A stretch of DNA of 64,000 nt, from contig JBHGNT010000011.1 of assembly GCA_043228905.1 (NCBI GenBank), positions 496,001 through 560,000 of the forward strand, read 5' to 3'. The notes under the pieces are model-generated. The model was not told where the DNA came from. It made no database searches and saw nothing but the letters and a program-made list of their open reading frames with translations. This DNA comes from Azolla caroliniana (Eukaryota > Plantae > Polypodiophyta). The position numbers and the translations under genes were made by a program. Below, in pieces: positions 61,519 to 64,000 of this stretch. Each line of letters starts with the position of its first letter. Position 1 is the first letter of the stretch.

Positions 61519-63473
61519 TTACTCCAGTTCCTTGAGGAAATCAGCATTATCAACGAACACCTGAATAAATACCACAAACAGATGTCAACTCAATCATCCA
61601 CTGTCAATACTAAGAAACTCTATTTAAGGATTATGCTGATCCAACTTACAGTCTTCCAGCCATCTGGATCAAGCACAGCAGTTATCTTGGTGTTGATGCC
61701 TGGAATTGGTCCTGGTTCTCTTGTCACTTTGCCTCCAAACTCTTTTAGAAGCTTTGCTGTGTTGTAGACATCATCTGTTCCAATAGCAATCTGGCCAACA
61801 AAAGAATAGAATACAGGATTATTACAAAATAGAGAATTACTGCAAAACATTAAGATGATTACGACAAATTACTGATGGATCGCACGCAATGCCACACCGA
61901 AGGAAGAGATCATTTTTAACCAACCTGAGCATATGCATTTCCTTTATCATATTCAGTCACCCCATAATTGTAAGCCAGCTCCAAAACTGGACCATCTGTT
62001 TCATCGATGCCATATCCCAGAAGGGCCACAGTATGCTGACAAAATGAAATACAAATTTTGTCAAAACATACCAAAGGCATAAGGTGTATCGTTATCATTA
62101 AAAAAAGGGCAGAGAAAACAAACTTGCTATCGACCATTATACCTTCTTCTCAGGATTATCTATAGTGCGGAACAGCTTCAACCCAAAAGCCTTAAGAAAC
62201 AAACATGGAAAGTTCATTTATAGATCCATCACAACAATATCACAACTGATGCACAAAAGACACCCTCTCAAACCTTTTCATAGAACCTTATAGCCCGATC
62301 GAGATCTCCAACTCTCAGATTAACCAAGGTGAATGGATCCTTTGTGGGGCCGTTTTGGATAAGTGCAAATGTGTAACCATCCGGATCCTCCGCAAATGCG
62401 ATCAACTTATCTACTCCCTCCACTGAGCCAGGTTCTTTTGTGATTTTCCCACCTTTCGACTTTATCAACTCTACGGATGCATGAACCTGTCCAATGAGGC
62501 CACCAGGAGATGTTGGAAATAAAATGTAGATAACACAAAAATGCCCATATCTACCCTAATGTTTTTCAAGTTGTGGAGGACTAACCTTCTTCATCACAGC
62601 ATTTACTTCTACAAAGGTGTAGTATTCTAGTGATTTTTAGAAACTCAAGGATATTCTAGTAAAAACTCTAAACAAGTGAATAGGTATGTGGGTGTTTTGC
62701 CCACTACTATAAACAACCTAACAACCGAATCTGGTAGCACTTACATCCTCTACAGCTATTCCAAAATGGCCAAAAGCTGTGCCCAAATTGTATTTGTCCA
62801 CACCATAATCTGCAAGAAACCCCCGGCGCCATGTTAACCTTGCAACCATGCAACATGTTCACAAATGCGATAATTTTGAAAATTCTTACTGTATGTAAGC
62901 TCAATTACGAAATGAGTTTCCTCAGAACCATATCCAAGGAAGGCATTAGTATACTTCTCTGCAGGTATGTCACGTGAACGTAGAAGTTTCATACCCAGGC
63001 TTTCCGTGTAAAACCTTACACAAGATGGTTGTAAACATTTCACAAAGAAAAATGATAAGGAAAATATAAATACTATGGTGGCCAAAGATTTCAAATTAGA
63101 AACTCAAACTCATGACGCCAAGTGAGAAAAAAACATGGTACATTTTTTTGCTTTTATAGTAAGTGTTTCTGACTCTAGCCAATGTCTCCATTTCCAAAAA
63201 TTATGATTTGATTTCAACATCCAATTATGCCTAGCTTTTACCATGTTTGCATATCATGATGCAAGGGATGCCTTGTATGAGAACCCCCTCTGCTATGGGT
63301 AAATGGAAATCATCTAAAAAATACAAATACCATTCATCACAAATGCAAAGAGCAAGTAGATTTGCTAACTTGATAGTTTTTTCCAAGTCACCAACGCGAT
63401 ACACTACGTGCAGGAATCTCTTGTTGTCAGTTTCAGCCCATTCCAGAATATCTTGAATGGATTCTGATGCCAT
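61519..63473 (-). CDS. GLX1: Two-domain (Ni2+-type) glyoxalase I / lactoylglutathione lyase, 8 coding exons
   Basis: Exons 63370-63473, 62890-63014, 62745-62809, 62274-62486, 62143-62190, 61925-62035, 61650-61790 and 61519-61560, all with GT-AG introns. Motifs 'RFLHVVYRVGDL', 'VIELTYNYG', 'FGHFGIAVED', 'DPDGWKTVFVDN'. An upstream 5' exon is likely (acceptor at 63502). Confidence 0.95.
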
Positions 63474-64000
63474 GACAGGAAATTAGCTGGAGAAGACAAT
63501 CCTGGAAAAGAAAAACACAATGCAATAAGGTGATCCTCACAAAGGAAATGTGTGGACATTGTGTAAGAGCCTCGAAATTACAGCTCTAAAGTATTGATGT
63601 TTCAGAAACGGATACGGTGAGATTGCAACGTTACCTGTTCAAGATTTCTATCTTTTAAATATCACTACATCAGTAGAAAGAAAAACTTGAACTAAACTAA
63701 CTAAAACGTTTGTCGCACTTTTTTGGAAGATTTCTAGTAATTGGGGATTTGAATGAGAGCGAAACGTTGGCCTGGACTGAGAGCTACTGTAAATATGGTA
63801 ATTACAGAGATTCACGCAACATGGAGACAAGGAAAGGAAGGAGTTCACTTTTATTTTACATCCGACTTTTTCTGATAACAAACCAAAACACGCACGCAAA
63901 GGCATAAGGAGACGGAACAGTAGAATAGAGTTATATATATAATCAACAGAATGTAGCAATGGCAGACCTACTACAGTCTACAAAATCAACCGATTATAAC

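Noticed and set aside
63648-63959. 103-aa ORF upstream of the glyoxalase gene
   Set aside because: No recognisable homology. More likely 5' UTR or intron, although a short upstream transit-peptide exon cannot be excluded.

Overview
Repeat-dense nuclear DNA from a non-seed land plant, probably a bryophyte (inferred from the plastid accD insert, the Trp-primed Gypsy elements and the Sola-type transposases). About 60 kb is a deeply nested stack of Gypsy, Copia and LINE insertions. The only intact host gene is a spliced two-domain glyoxalase I on the minus strand at the right end. Removing the insertions by their target-site duplications (TSDs) exposes an older + strand backbone: two Sola-like DDD transposase copies, a palindromic repeat array, and a multi-exon pseudogene (~27270-45372). 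That pseudogene encodes a ParB-like domain fused to a bacterial-type beta-class DNA amino-methyltransferase (6mA/4mC) and has been split by a solo LTR, a plastid accD insertion and a Copia/Gypsy nest. Other notable signals are CG-centred 4-bp target sites of the Trp-primed Gypsy family, tRNA-like Pol III promoter modules inside LTRs, and a -1 frameshift slippery site with a predicted pseudoknot between protease and RT. All calls were made by eye without database searches.
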